A stretch of DNA of 64,000 bases. It comes from Actinomycetota bacterium (GTDB lineage Bacteria; Actinomycetota; Actinomycetes; Nanopelagicales; Nanopelagicaceae). Shown here in pieces: positions 29,308 to 38,732 of this stretch (positions are counted from its first letter, which is position 1; the number at the start of each line of letters is the position of its first letter). A program made the translations under genes and the position numbers. A model generated the notes under the pieces. It was not told the DNA's origin, made no database searches, and was given only the letters and a program-made list of their open reading frames with translations. Location of the stretch: assembly GCA_037134955.1 (NCBI GenBank), contig JBAXLF010000001.1, forward strand, positions 10,099 through 74,098, in the 5' to 3' direction.

Positions 29308-30599
29308 CAATTTTCGAGGAAGTTCTCCAAAACTTTCACGCCAAATTCCAAACCTGAGATAGGGACCCGCTCATCAACTCCGTGAAAGAGCGCCATGAAG
29401 TCTAAATCTGCTGGCAATTGCAATGGGCTGAAGCCGTAACCGACGATGCCAAGTTCAGAGAGCGCTTTATTATCTGTTCCGCCGCTCATCAGATACGGAA
29501 CGGGTATTCCTTCCGGATCAAATGCGAGGATAGCCTCACACATGGCATCGACGAGATCTCCTTCAAAATTAACTTCTAATGCGATATCGCGTGAGATTGT
29601 CTCGATCTTTATATCTGGTCCCACAATGGAGCGAATAGTTGCGTTCAGTTCATCTTCATAACCTGGTAAGAAGCGACCATCAATCACCGCGCTTGCGCTA
29701 CCCGGGATTACATTTGCCTTATATCCGGCATCGAGCATCGTTGGATTTGCAGTGTTCTGCAGAGTTGCCCCGATCATTCGAGCAGTAGGTCCAATCTCTT
29801 TCAAGAGCGGACGAAGATCTTTCTCGTCGTAGCTCTTCCCAGTTGCTAGTGCAATCTTCTTGAAGAGAGTCTTGACCGTTGAGGTATACCGTTGCGGCCA
29901 TTCAAAGCGTCCGATCTTGGCGACGGCCTCAGTCAACATAGTGAGAGCATTCTCATCATTCATCATCGAACCGTGACCGGCGCGACCTGTCGCAGTTAAT
30001 CTCATCCAGTGAATTCCCTTTTGGGCAGCCTCGACAAAGTACAGTCGCTTGCCATCACCCACAGTTACTGAGAATCCGCCTACTTCAGAGATTGCCTCAC
30101 TGCACCCGGCAAAGACTTCCGGATGCTGGGCTGCCATCCATCGTGAACCAAATGTCATTCCCGCTTCTTCATCCGCGAAGAATGCAAGAACGATGTTGCG
30201 AGGTGGCTTGTAACCAGTACGAGCCCACTTACGGATGATTGCCAGAATCATGGCATCGGTATTTTTCATATCAACCGCACCGCGACCCCAAATCATTCCG
30301 TCGCGAATCTCCGCTGCAAAGGGATCGACCGACCAGTCGGCAGCATTTGCCGGAACGACATCGATATGTCCGTGGAGAACTAGACCAGGTCGTGATGTGT
30401 CAGATCCCGGAATATTCGCAATTACATTGCAGCGGTTTGGTGCTGACTCATAGATGGTTGCGGATATTCCAACTTCGGCAAGTGATGCAACGACATATTC
30501 TGCAACTTCTCGCTCATCTCCTTTACCTTCCCCATAATTGACTGATGGGATTCGGATGAGATCTTGGCAAATCTTTACAACTTCTTCTTCTAGAGTCAT
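29304..30599 (-). CDS. M20/M25/M40-family metallohydrolase
   Basis: HGHIDVVPA, GRGAVDMK, ADEEAG, SEVGG, SGGTD, FHGVDER; start at ATG 30599. Confidence 0.92.
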   Translation of the reverse strand: MTLEEEVVKICQDLIRIPSVNYGEGKGDEREVAEYVVASLAEVGISATIYESAPNRCNVIANIPGSDTSRPGLVLHGHIDVVPANAADWSVDPFAAEIRDGMIWGRGAVDMKNTDAMILAIIRKWARTGYKPPRNIVLAFFADEEAGMTFGSRWMAAQHPEVFAGCSEAISEVGGFSVTVGDGKRLYFVEAAQKGIHWMRLTATGRAGHGSMMNDENALTMLTEAVAKIGRFEWPQRYTSTVKTLFKKIALATGKSYDEKDLRPLLKEIGPTARMIGATLQNTANPTMLDAGYKANVIPGSASAVIDGRFLPGYEDELNATIRSIVGPDIKIETISRDIALEVNFEGDLVDAMCEAILAFDPEGIPVPYLMSGGTDNKALSELGIVGYGFSPLQLPADLDFMALFHGVDERVPISGLEFGVKVLENFLENC

Positions 30600-30654
30600 A
30601 TACCTATTCTGCCTCTGAATCCGCTCTAGATGTCGCAAGTCAAAAGGCCCTCTT

Positions 30655-30683
30655 TTGCATGAGAGCTAAGCCGTTGCTATCGT
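30655..30683 (+). promoter_or_regulatory. Housekeeping-sigma promoter for tRNA-Leu
   Basis: TTGCAT-N17-TATCGT, ending about 57 nt upstream of the tRNA. Confidence 0.6.
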
Positions 30684-30739
30684 TGCCCTGTTATTTCGGC
30701 TCGAACGCTTAGGATTACACCAAAGTGAGCGAGTTACTC

Positions 30740-30823
30740 GTCCGGGTGGCGGAATTGGCAGACGCGCTAGCTTGAGGTGCTAGTTCTCGCAAGGGATTCG
30801 GGGTTCAAGTCCCCGTTCGGACA
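30740..30823 (+). tRNA. tRNA-Leu (anticodon GAG), CCA not encoded
   Basis: Acceptor GTCCGGG/TTCGGAC, D arm GCGGAATTGGCAGACGC, anticodon arm CTAGC-TTGAGGT-GCTAG, long variable arm, T loop TTCAAGT. Confidence 0.97.
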
Positions 30824-30846
30824 CAGTTACGGTGGTAAATCGCACG

Positions 30847-31374
30847 ATGGAACTTCACGAAGCGTTATCGCTCATTAGGGCTATTCCAGATTTTCCATCG
30901 CCTGGAATTCTCTTTCAAGATATCACTCCGCTTCTGGCAGATGCCGCTGCCCTCGGAGTAATCACTCAAGCCTTGTCGAACTTCGATGGCGAAGCTGATG
31001 TAGTAGCAGGCGTTGAAGCACGTGGTTTCATCATAGGTAGTGCACTCGCCATCCATCGAAGCTGTGGTTTTATCCCGATTCGCAAACAGGGCAAACTCCC
31101 CCACAAAGTTTTTTCACAATCGTACGGACTTGAGTATGGCGAAGATGTCATCGAGATACATCAAGATGCCCTGCTTTCTCACCAGAAAGTCCTTCTCATC
31201 GATGATGTGCTGGCTACCGGTGGAACATTGGTGGCGGCCCTTCGATTGATTAAGGAAGCTGGCAGCACAATCTCTTCTGTGATTGTTCTCTTTGAGATAA
31301 CTGCACTCAATGGTCGCGAAAAGATTCTGCAGGAATTTCCGGATGTAAAAGTCCATGCTCTGGTTCGTGCTTAA
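30847..31374 (+). CDS. apt: Adenine phosphoribosyltransferase
   Basis: IPDFPSPGILFQDITPLL, EARGF, RKQGKLP, YGLEYG, IDDVLATGGT. Confidence 0.95.
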   Translation: MELHEALSLIRAIPDFPSPGILFQDITPLLADAAALGVITQALSNFDGEADVVAGVEARGFIIGSALAIHRSCGFIPIRKQGKLPHKVFSQSYGLEYGEDVIEIHQDALLSHQKVLLIDDVLATGGTLVAALRLIKEAGSTISSVIVLFEITALNGREKILQEFPDVKVHALVRA

Positions 31375-33224
31375 TGCGCATCAAAGAGATACAAGCGCTG
31401 CGAGCTCTTGCCTCAGTTCTCGTGGTCATCTATCACGCCAAACTCATTAAGGGCGGATATATCGGCGTTGATATTTTCTATGTGATCTCTGGCTATCTCA
31501 TCACCGGTTTACTACTGCGCGAACTCGAGATTTCAGGCAGTCTCTCTTTTAAATCCTTCTATCTTCGCCGTATTAAGAGGCTGCTTCCCTCATCCTTCTT
31601 AGTTCTGATCGTCACAGGGATAGTTGCGTGGATTTTCTATCCCGACACGATGCGCCATGAACTTGGCAAAGATATCGCCGCCGGATCGATCTATATTTCC
31701 AATTACCTTTTTGCTCATTGGCAGATGGATTACCAGAACCTAGGCGCGGTGCCACCGGTGATCATTCATTACTGGTCGTTGGCGGTTGAAGAACAGTTCT
31801 ATCTCGTGTGGCCGCTCTTCATATTTCTTGCCTACAAAGGCGGAGGGCGCAGGTTGGTTGGACGATCCATTGCAGCGATAACCGCAGTGTCATTCGTTAT
31901 CAGCTTGGTACAAAGTAGAACTTCACCCATTTGGGCCTTCTACTCATTGCCTACTCGAGCATGGGAACTCGGCGTTGGTGCGCTCTTGATCTTCGCTCCT
32001 CAGTTCGTGCGCGGTAAGAGAGCGATAGCTAGCATCTCAATGATTTCTATCCTGGTCGCTGCTAACCATTTCAATGACCGAACTCTCTTCCCAGGTGTCG
32101 CCGCTCTTATCCCCGTTCTCGGAACGGCGATTGCCATAGCCTCAATCGGTCATTGGCCGGTACTTGTCAGAAAATTTTCACATCTACCCGCGACTCAATT
32201 TCTTGGTGAGATCTCGTATCCGCTTTATCTCTGGCATTGGCCAGTATTAGTCATTCCCGCCGTTTATCTGGGCCGTGGATTACGTCCCTTTGAAATTGCA
32301 ATCTGTGTTGTGGTCACTCTTCTGCTTTCGTGGCTGACCCACATATGGATAGAAGAGCCATTACGACAGAAAGTGGTTCGCCCACAGATGGTTGTAAAGA
32401 TGGCAAGTGTTGTCACGGGTACCTCGCTTTTACTGGGGCTCGGCATCTATGCCTCGTATGCGAATCAGATTCAACTTCCCGATGGCAAAAAGACTGCACT
32501 CACCAATATTCTGGAGAAGCCATTGGTCTACAACGACGGCTGTCATCTCAATCGCGGCGAGAAGATCTCTCCTGACTGCACCTATGGCAATCGTGGAGCA
32601 AAGATCAAGATAGTGCTCTTCGGCGACTCACACGCTGCCCAATGGTTTCCGGCTCTAGAAAGATTAGCCGAGCAGTACCAATTTGAATTGATCTCACTCA
32701 CCAAATCTTCTTGCCCAGGTCCTGCTGTGAAAAAAGCAACTACTAAAACATATGATAATGGCGACTGTGCCGCGTGGAGAGAGAACTCCTATAAGAGAAT
32801 AGCCGCTATTCATCCTGAAGCGGTTGTCGTGAGTGGCATGCAATTACCTGATCCAGCTATGGGAACAGCGAGTATTTCGCAATGGTGGATATCCGGCGAG
32901 CAGAGAACCCTGTCTCAACTCAAGGGGAATGCCCGAAATCTCATCTATCTCGTTGACACCCCTCATCCAACCCGCGACATTCCTAGTTGCGTCGCTTCTG
33001 GTGCTCGAAAAATCTGCGACCAGACGAAACCTACTGCTTCATACACAATTTCTGGTTTCACCAACGTCGACCCTAACCCTTGGCTCTGTACAAAAATATG
33101 TCCGGCAGTAATTAATAACCAAGTCGTTTACCGCGATGCATCACATATCAGTGTGGCCATGAGTGAAGAGCTTTCAGACAAGCTTGGGGCAGCCTTGAAA
33201 TCCGCAGGAGTCTCTCTGCAATGA
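31374..33224 (+). CDS. Acyltransferase-3 / SGNH fusion O-acetyltransferase (OafA/OatA-like)
   Basis: IQALRALA, GVDIFYVISGYLIT, HYWSLAVEEQFY, ISYPLYLWHWP; SGNH motifs GDSHA and YRDASH. Confidence 0.92.
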   Translation: MRIKEIQALRALASVLVVIYHAKLIKGGYIGVDIFYVISGYLITGLLLRELEISGSLSFKSFYLRRIKRLLPSSFLVLIVTGIVAWIFYPDTMRHELGKDIAAGSIYISNYLFAHWQMDYQNLGAVPPVIIHYWSLAVEEQFYLVWPLFIFLAYKGGGRRLVGRSIAAITAVSFVISLVQSRTSPIWAFYSLPTRAWELGVGALLIFAPQFVRGKRAIASISMISILVAANHFNDRTLFPGVAALIPVLGTAIAIASIGHWPVLVRKFSHLPATQFLGEISYPLYLWHWPVLVIPAVYLGRGLRPFEIAICVVVTLLLSWLTHIWIEEPLRQKVVRPQMVVKMASVVTGTSLLLGLGIYASYANQIQLPDGKKTALTNILEKPLVYNDGCHLNRGEKISPDCTYGNRGAKIKIVLFGDSHAAQWFPALERLAEQYQFELISLTKSSCPGPAVKKATTKTYDNGDCAAWRENSYKRIAAIHPEAVVVSGMQLPDPAMGTASISQWWISGEQRTLSQLKGNARNLIYLVDTPHPTRDIPSCVASGARKICDQTKPTASYTISGFTNVDPNPWLCTKICPAVINNQVVYRDASHISVAMSEELSDKLGAALKSAGVSLQ

Positions 33225-33263
33225 AGCAATGCAGAAAAGTGGATTTAGTGGAAGGATGCCAGC

Positions 33264-33905
33264 GTGGCTGAACTCGTTTATTACTGCGGAACCATGGATA
33301 GCGGTAAATCCACCCTCGCACTCCAGACCGCACATAACCATAAGAGTCGTGGGCGCTCCGGATTAATCTTCACCAATAAGGATCGTGCCGGTACCGGCGT
33401 TATAAGTTCCAGGTTGGGATTGCAATCCGAGGCGATTGAAGTTGAAGAATCACTCGACCTCCACAAATTTGTCGTTGAACACCTGTCGATGGGTGAACGG
33501 ATTGATTACATCATCTGTGACGAGGCTCAGTTCTATCAACCGATTCAAATTGATCAACTCGCCAAGATCGTTGATGGCCTGGGAATTGATGTCTATGCCT
33601 TCGGAATTTTGGCCGACTTTAAGACAAAGCTCTTTCCTGGATCTGCGCGCTTGGTTGAACTAGCAGATCGCGTCAATACTCTCCAGGTCGAAGCGCTCTG
33701 TTGGTGCGGCTCCCGCGCAACCCACAATGCCCGCACCGTAAATGGCGTGATGGTCACTGAAGGTGAGCAAGTTGTCGTTGGCGATGTTGGCAAGAGCGAT
33801 GAGGTTGCTTACGAAGTACTGTGTCGTCGCCACCACATGCGTCGGGTGACCGCACGAGCATCGCGCGCAGGACATATGAGCTCTGACCCACTACCGTTCA
33901 CATAA
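33264..33905 (+). CDS. tdk: Thymidine kinase
   Basis: GTMDSGKST, DEAQF, DFKTKLFPGS, CWCG...CRRHH zinc site. Confidence 0.95.
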   Translation: MAELVYYCGTMDSGKSTLALQTAHNHKSRGRSGLIFTNKDRAGTGVISSRLGLQSEAIEVEESLDLHKFVVEHLSMGERIDYIICDEAQFYQPIQIDQLAKIVDGLGIDVYAFGILADFKTKLFPGSARLVELADRVNTLQVEALCWCGSRATHNARTVNGVMVTEGEQVVVGDVGKSDEVAYEVLCRRHHMRRVTARASRAGHMSSDPLPFT

Positions 33906-33947
33906 AGCAACTCCTCCACAGTCCGCCCCATAGAAAAGGTAACAAGC

Positions 33948-34988
33948 ATGAACACTCGCGCCTATGCAGTTCTCGCCGCTAAAGAGAAGCTGGTTCCTTT
34001 TGAATTCGATCGTAGATCGCTCGGAGCACATGATGTAGCTCTCGATATCGCCTATGCGGGTATCTGCCACTCCGATATCCATCAGGCACGTGAAGAATGG
34101 GGCCCCGCAATATTTCCTATGGTTCCGGGTCATGAGATCGCCGGAACAGTTACCGCAATCGGTTCGAGTGTTTCAAAGTTTAAGGTCGGAGACCTCATCG
34201 GCGTTGGAGTCTTCATTGATTCATGTCGAACCTGCGAAAATTGTGTGGCAGGTCTGCAACAGTATTGTCTGCAAGGTATGACGGGTACTTATAACCAGTT
34301 GGAACGCGATGGAACAACAGTAGCTATGGGCGGATATAGCAACTACTTCGTTGTCAATGAGGATTACGCGGTAACGATTCCAGCCAATCTTCCTCTCGCA
34401 GGTGTAGCACCACTTCTTTGTGCAGGAATCACTTTGTACTCACCAATCAAGCATTGGGGCGTGGGACCTGGCAAGAAAGTCGCAGTGATGGGACTTGGTG
34501 GCTTAGGGCATATGGGAGTCAAGTTTGCCGCTGCTATGGGAGCCGATGTCACTGTGCTCTCGCACTCCCCACATAAAGAAGCTGACGCGCTTGGTATGGG
34601 TGCGCACTCTTTTATTGCGACAAACGACAAAGGTGAATTTAAGAAGCATGCCAAGACATTCGATGTCATTCTCAATACGGTAAGTGCTGACATAGATATC
34701 GATCTCTATCTCAACCTACTGAAATTGGATGGAACCCTCGTAGTAATTGGCTTACCAGGTAAGCCTTATGCACTCAATGCCGGAACGCTTCTCAATGGAC
34801 GTCGCTCCATTGGAGGCTCCATGATTGGCGGTATCCCTGAACTGCAAGAGATGCTCAATTTCTGTGGTGAGAATAATATCGTCAGCGATGTAGAAATCAT
34901 CAAGGCGGATTACATCAATGAAGCCTACGAACGCACCGTAGCTAGCGATGTTAAGTATCGCTTCGTGATTGACGCCTCTACTTTCTAA
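33948..34988 (+). CDS. NADP-dependent zinc alcohol dehydrogenase (CAD/YahK-like)
   Basis: GICHSDIH, PGHEIAG, CxxCxxC-x7-C, APLLCAGIT, GLGGLGH, DVKYRFVID. Confidence 0.93.
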   Translation: MNTRAYAVLAAKEKLVPFEFDRRSLGAHDVALDIAYAGICHSDIHQAREEWGPAIFPMVPGHEIAGTVTAIGSSVSKFKVGDLIGVGVFIDSCRTCENCVAGLQQYCLQGMTGTYNQLERDGTTVAMGGYSNYFVVNEDYAVTIPANLPLAGVAPLLCAGITLYSPIKHWGVGPGKKVAVMGLGGLGHMGVKFAAAMGADVTVLSHSPHKEADALGMGAHSFIATNDKGEFKKHAKTFDVILNTVSADIDIDLYLNLLKLDGTLVVIGLPGKPYALNAGTLLNGRRSIGGSMIGGIPELQEMLNFCGENNIVSDVEIIKADYINEAYERTVASDVKYRFVIDASTF

Positions 34989-34995
34989 CTCTCAC

Positions 34996-35730
34996 TCAAT
35001 GAAACGAGTGCACTGCGGTAGCAATGAGCGGGGCAATTACCAAAGCCGGTAGTAGATTGGCGACAGCGATTTTCTTGATATCCAGCAATCGAAGAGCGAT
35101 TCCAACGAGCATCAACCCCCCACACACTGTCATCGCATCGATTTGATATTGGCTCAAAATTGAACCTGAGACAAGACCGATAATGGTCCAGAAACCTTGA
35201 TAGAGAGCCACCGGGATGATGGAGGCTGCAACACCCCAACCAAGCGTTGAGGCAAAGGCCATCGATGCAAAAAAGTCGAGTGAAGATTTGAGTATCAATT
35301 GATCTATTCCCTGTGACATCCCATCACTCACGCTTCCGAGAATTGCCAGGGGTCCGATAACGAAGAGAAGTGAAGCTGAAACGAAGCCTTCAACAAAGGG
35401 GCTTTCACTCGAGGCTTTAAATCTTCTACGTAGATTTTCTCCGAAGGTATCGAGACGAGTCTCGAGTGATAGAGCTGAACCGATGAGACCACCAAGCAGC
35501 ATTGAGGCCAAAATGATGAGGAGGGAAGCGCCCTTGGGAAATGACGAGACAAACTCTCTGCTCCAGAGTGGAATGATCGCTGAAGTAGCGCCGAGTAGGG
35601 TGATTAATCCAAGAATATCTGTAATCAAATTAGTTGCAGATTTGGTAATTCGTGATCCGACCGCGATTCCAATAGTTGATCCGATAAGTACGGCGACAAC
35701 ATTGATTACGGTTCCGAGGCCTATAAACAT
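34996..35730 (-). CDS. DUF554-family membrane protein
   Basis: GTVINVVAV, EGFVSASLLF, GPLAILGS, KSSLD, VANLLPAL. Confidence 0.88.
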   Translation of the reverse strand: MFIGLGTVINVVAVLIGSTIGIAVGSRITKSATNLITDILGLITLLGATSAIIPLWSREFVSSFPKGASLLIILASMLLGGLIGSALSLETRLDTFGENLRRRFKASSESPFVEGFVSASLLFVIGPLAILGSVSDGMSQGIDQLILKSSLDFFASMAFASTLGWGVAASIIPVALYQGFWTIIGLVSGSILSQYQIDAMTVCGGLMLVGIALRLLDIKKIAVANLLPALVIAPLIATAVHSFH

Positions 35731-35736
35731 TGAATA

Positions 35737-35746
35737 ACTATAGACT
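35737..35746. promoter_or_regulatory. Overlapping bidirectional -10 boxes for two leaderless divergent genes
   Basis: TATAGT on - (35742-35737) is 6 nt before ATG 35730; TAGACT on + (35741-35746) is 6 nt before ATG 35753. Confidence 0.7.
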
Positions 35747-35752
35747 TACTCC

Positions 35753-36421
35753 ATGAAGTTCAGTGCTCTTCGCGCACTCCTTGCGCCACACAAGACTGTT
35801 CCCATCACCCCGTGGCGTGCCGAAGGTAGATGGCAACTATCCCCTACTCGGGTACTTATTCTCTTTGCCGGTTTGATTATCTTCGGATTGGGCGACTCGC
35901 TCTTGATTCAAGGTAACCAAGGAAATGCACCTTGGACTGTCTTCGCGCAAGGCATCACGATCAAAACTGGAATGAGTATTGGATTTGCAACTCTTCTCAT
36001 CAGCACATTCGTTCTTCTGATCTGGATTCCACTTCGCGAGAAACCAGGTTTCGGAACTTTCTCGAATATCATTTTGATCGCGACCTTTATCCAAGTGGGA
36101 ACGGAGATTTTTCCAGAGCAAAACTCGTTCCTACCTGGTATTGCATTCGATCTCATCGGCATCGCGATGGTTGGGCTTGGTTCATCTCTCTACATCACTT
36201 GCGGCCTCGGTCCAGGTCCGCGCGATGGCGCCATGACCGGGATCCATTACCGCACCGGTATTCGTGTAGGTCGCGTGAGATTGGGTATTGAACTAGTAGT
36301 GCTGGTAATCGGCTGGCTCTTAGGCGGAACCGTAGGCATCGGAACAGCGCTCTTTGCGCTGCTGATTGGCCAATCTGTGGCTATTTTCCTCGGAATCGTC
36401 GCGCGTCTGACCCAAAAGTAG
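35753..36421 (+). CDS. YczE/YyaS/YitT-family membrane protein
   Basis: GNAPWTVFAQG, REKPGFGT, GPGPRDG, GGTVGIGT. Confidence 0.85.
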   Translation: MKFSALRALLAPHKTVPITPWRAEGRWQLSPTRVLILFAGLIIFGLGDSLLIQGNQGNAPWTVFAQGITIKTGMSIGFATLLISTFVLLIWIPLREKPGFGTFSNIILIATFIQVGTEIFPEQNSFLPGIAFDLIGIAMVGLGSSLYITCGLGPGPRDGAMTGIHYRTGIRVGRVRLGIELVVLVIGWLLGGTVGIGTALFALLIGQSVAIFLGIVARLTQK

Positions 36422-36422
36422 C

Positions 36423-36526
36423 GTCAGGCATCAACTAACCTGACCTCAACCTTCCCCCGGGTTTGTGACCCGTCACTTCACACGGGGTCGCAAACACCCC
36501 CGATAACAAAATCAGGAAGGTTCGTC
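36423..36526 (+). promoter_or_regulatory. Structured 5' leader / candidate cis-regulatory RNA of the NCS2 permease
   Basis: Pairings GTCAGG/CCTGAC, GTTTGTGACCC/GGGTCGCAAAC and AACCTTCC/GGAAGGTT, the last covering the RBS. Confidence 0.5.
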
Positions 36527-38041
36527 ATGCTTGATACTTTCTTCAAAATATCAGAACGTGGCTCAACTGTAGGACGTGAGATTCGCGGCGGTTTCGTCAC
36601 TTTCTTCACGATGGCCTACATCGTTGCGCTTAACCCACTTATCTTGGGCGGAGCTAAAGACAGCACCGGTCATTACCTCGGTGGCGGAACAGATGGAGCT
36701 AACTTCGCAGCAATTGCGGCGATGACAGCGCTTATGGCTGGTCTCTTAACTCTCTTTATGGGAGCTTTCGCCAACTTCCCGCTTGCACTTGCAACTGGAC
36801 TTGGTCTCAACACCTTCGTAGCGGTGGGAATTGCTTCACGCATGACCTGGGCCGATGCTATGGGACTCATTGTTGTTGAAGGTCTCATCATTACAGTCCT
36901 CGTGCTTACCGGATTTAGAACTGCGGTCTTCCGTGCAGTTCCACAGCAACTCAAGATTGCAATCTCTGTCGGTATCGGTCTCTTCATTACCTTGATCGGT
37001 CTCGTCGACGCTGGATTCGTCCGTCGTACTGGTCAAGGACCGGTTCCAGTAACGCTCGGCGATAATGGAAATCTCGTGGGATGGCCAATTATCGTCTTCG
37101 GATTTGGGTTGATCACCATCATTGTTCTGATGATTCGCAAGGTAAAGGGTGCGATTCTGATTGGCGTTATTGCCGCAACAATCGTCTCAATCATTGTCGA
37201 GAAGGCATTTAAGATTGGTGAAAACTACCTACCTAAGGGCGTTGTCGATAATGTCTTCGGCGGAAAGATGCCAGCTGATTACAAAGGCTTCGTCACAGCA
37301 GGCGGCGACTATGTCAATCCTAAGGGTTGGGGTCTTAACGTTCCTCATATCCCATCCAAGATCGTCGATAAGCCTGACTTCAGCCTCTTCGGCCACTTCA
37401 GCCTCTTCGGTGCATTCCATGTAACTGGAGTGTCGATTGTTGCTGCAGTTCTTCTTGTATTTACATTGCTGCTCTCTGACTTCTTTGACACTGTTGGAAC
37501 AGTCACAGCAATTGCGACAGAAGGTGGATTGATTGATGGAGCAGGAAATATTCCTAATAACAATCGCATCCTCTTCGTTGACTCAGTTGCCGCAGCAGCT
37601 GGTGGCGTTGGAAGCATCTCATCGAATACCAGCTACATCGAATCAGCTTCTGGCGTCGGCGAAGGTGCTCGCACCGGTCTGGCTTCGGTAGTAACCGGCG
37701 TTCTCTTCCTCCTCACCACCTTCTTGGCTCCAGTTGTGAAGGTGATTCCTTATGAGGCGGCAACGCCTGCTCTCGTCATCGTTGGTTTCTTGATGATGTC
37801 GCAGATTAAGGATATTGATTGGTCAGATTATGGAATCGGAATGCCAGCATTCCTTTCAATCATCTTGATGCCATTCACATATAACATCTCTGTTGGTATT
37901 GGTGCAGGCTTCATCGCGCACGTACTTATCAGAATCGTTCAAGGTCGCAGCAAAGAAGTACACGCGCTCTTGTACTTAGTATCTGCGCTCTTCGTGGTCT
38001 ACTTCTTGCAATCCCCTATCAATATGTGGGTAAGCAAATAG
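36527..38041 (+). CDS. NCS2-family (AzgA/PbuG-like) purine nucleobase permease
   Basis: REIRGGFVTFFTMAYI, ATGLGLN, GIGLFI, DFFDTVGT, TSYIESASGVGEGARTGL, MPFTYNI. Confidence 0.93.
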   Translation: MLDTFFKISERGSTVGREIRGGFVTFFTMAYIVALNPLILGGAKDSTGHYLGGGTDGANFAAIAAMTALMAGLLTLFMGAFANFPLALATGLGLNTFVAVGIASRMTWADAMGLIVVEGLIITVLVLTGFRTAVFRAVPQQLKIAISVGIGLFITLIGLVDAGFVRRTGQGPVPVTLGDNGNLVGWPIIVFGFGLITIIVLMIRKVKGAILIGVIAATIVSIIVEKAFKIGENYLPKGVVDNVFGGKMPADYKGFVTAGGDYVNPKGWGLNVPHIPSKIVDKPDFSLFGHFSLFGAFHVTGVSIVAAVLLVFTLLLSDFFDTVGTVTAIATEGGLIDGAGNIPNNNRILFVDSVAAAAGGVGSISSNTSYIESASGVGEGARTGLASVVTGVLFLLTTFLAPVVKVIPYEAATPALVIVGFLMMSQIKDIDWSDYGIGMPAFLSIILMPFTYNISVGIGAGFIAHVLIRIVQGRSKEVHALLYLVSALFVVYFLQSPINMWVSK

Positions 38042-38057
38042 CCATAAGTCACTAATG

Positions 38058-38095
38058 GGTTGGGCCTCGCATTCGTGCGGGGCCCAATCTTTTTT
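38058..38095 (+). terminator. Intrinsic terminator after the NCS2 permease
   Basis: GGTTGGGCCTCGCA-TTCG-TGCGGGGCCCAATC followed by TTTTTT. Confidence 0.88.
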
Positions 38096-38732
38096 ACCAA
38101 AGTATCTCTGTTTTACCTTGTTCAGCTAACATCGCATTTACTCGCGAAAAAGGCTTGGAACCAAAGAATCCGCGATAGGCGCTGAGTGGACTCGGATGCG
38201 CAGACTCAACACGATGTTGAAAAAAATGTGAGAGTTCTTGAGCATGCCGGCCCCAGAGAATTGCAATCACACCACGTGAACCCAACTCTCTGGCGATCAC
38301 ATCAGTGATCTTCTGCCATCCAAAAGTTTGATGTGCATTAGAAACTCCAGTTTCAGTGGTCAGCACTCTGTTAAGCAGAAGTACGCCTTGCGAAGACCAT
38401 GTAGAGAGATCGCCCGAACTCCGAGCAACTGTGCCAGTATCGGCTTCCAGTTCAATGAAGATATTCTGCAGACTCTTCGGAAGAGGTTTCACCGCAGCAT
38501 CTGTAGAGAAAGCAAGACCATGGGCATGCCCCGAAGTGGGATAAGGATCTTGCCCAACGATGACGCAGCGGACTTCAGATAGGGGTTGAGCAAAGGCGCG
38601 GAAGATGAGATCTTCGTGTGGAGAAACTGTTAGCGCATCTATTTTATGCAAAATTGCGTTGATATCACCACGTAGCGGCTCGAGTACAGGTAACCAACTA
38701 GAGTGCACGAGCGAAGAATCGAAATCCTTCAT
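38094..38732 (-). CDS. ung: Uracil-DNA glycosylase (family 1)
   Basis: GQDPYP, GLAFS, SLQNIF, QGVLLLN, HPSPLS; start at ATG 38732. Confidence 0.95.
   Translation of the reverse strand: MKDFDSSLVHSSWLPVLEPLRGDINAILHKIDALTVSPHEDLIFRAFAQPLSEVRCVIVGQDPYPTSGHAHGLAFSTDAAVKPLPKSLQNIFIELEADTGTVARSSGDLSTWSSQGVLLLNRVLTTETGVSNAHQTFGWQKITDVIARELGSRGVIAILWGRHAQELSHFFQHRVESAHPSPLSAYRGFFGSKPFSRVNAMLAEQGKTEILW

Noticed and set aside
30740-33224. tRNA-Leu as the attachment site of a genomic island
   Set aside because: No integrase, no duplicated tRNA 3' end seen, and the neighbours (apt, tdk) are housekeeping genes.
37377-37410. 16-bp direct repeat ACTTCAGCCTCTTCGG x2
   Set aside because: It encodes the repeated peptide FSLFG within the permease; only two copies, not an array.
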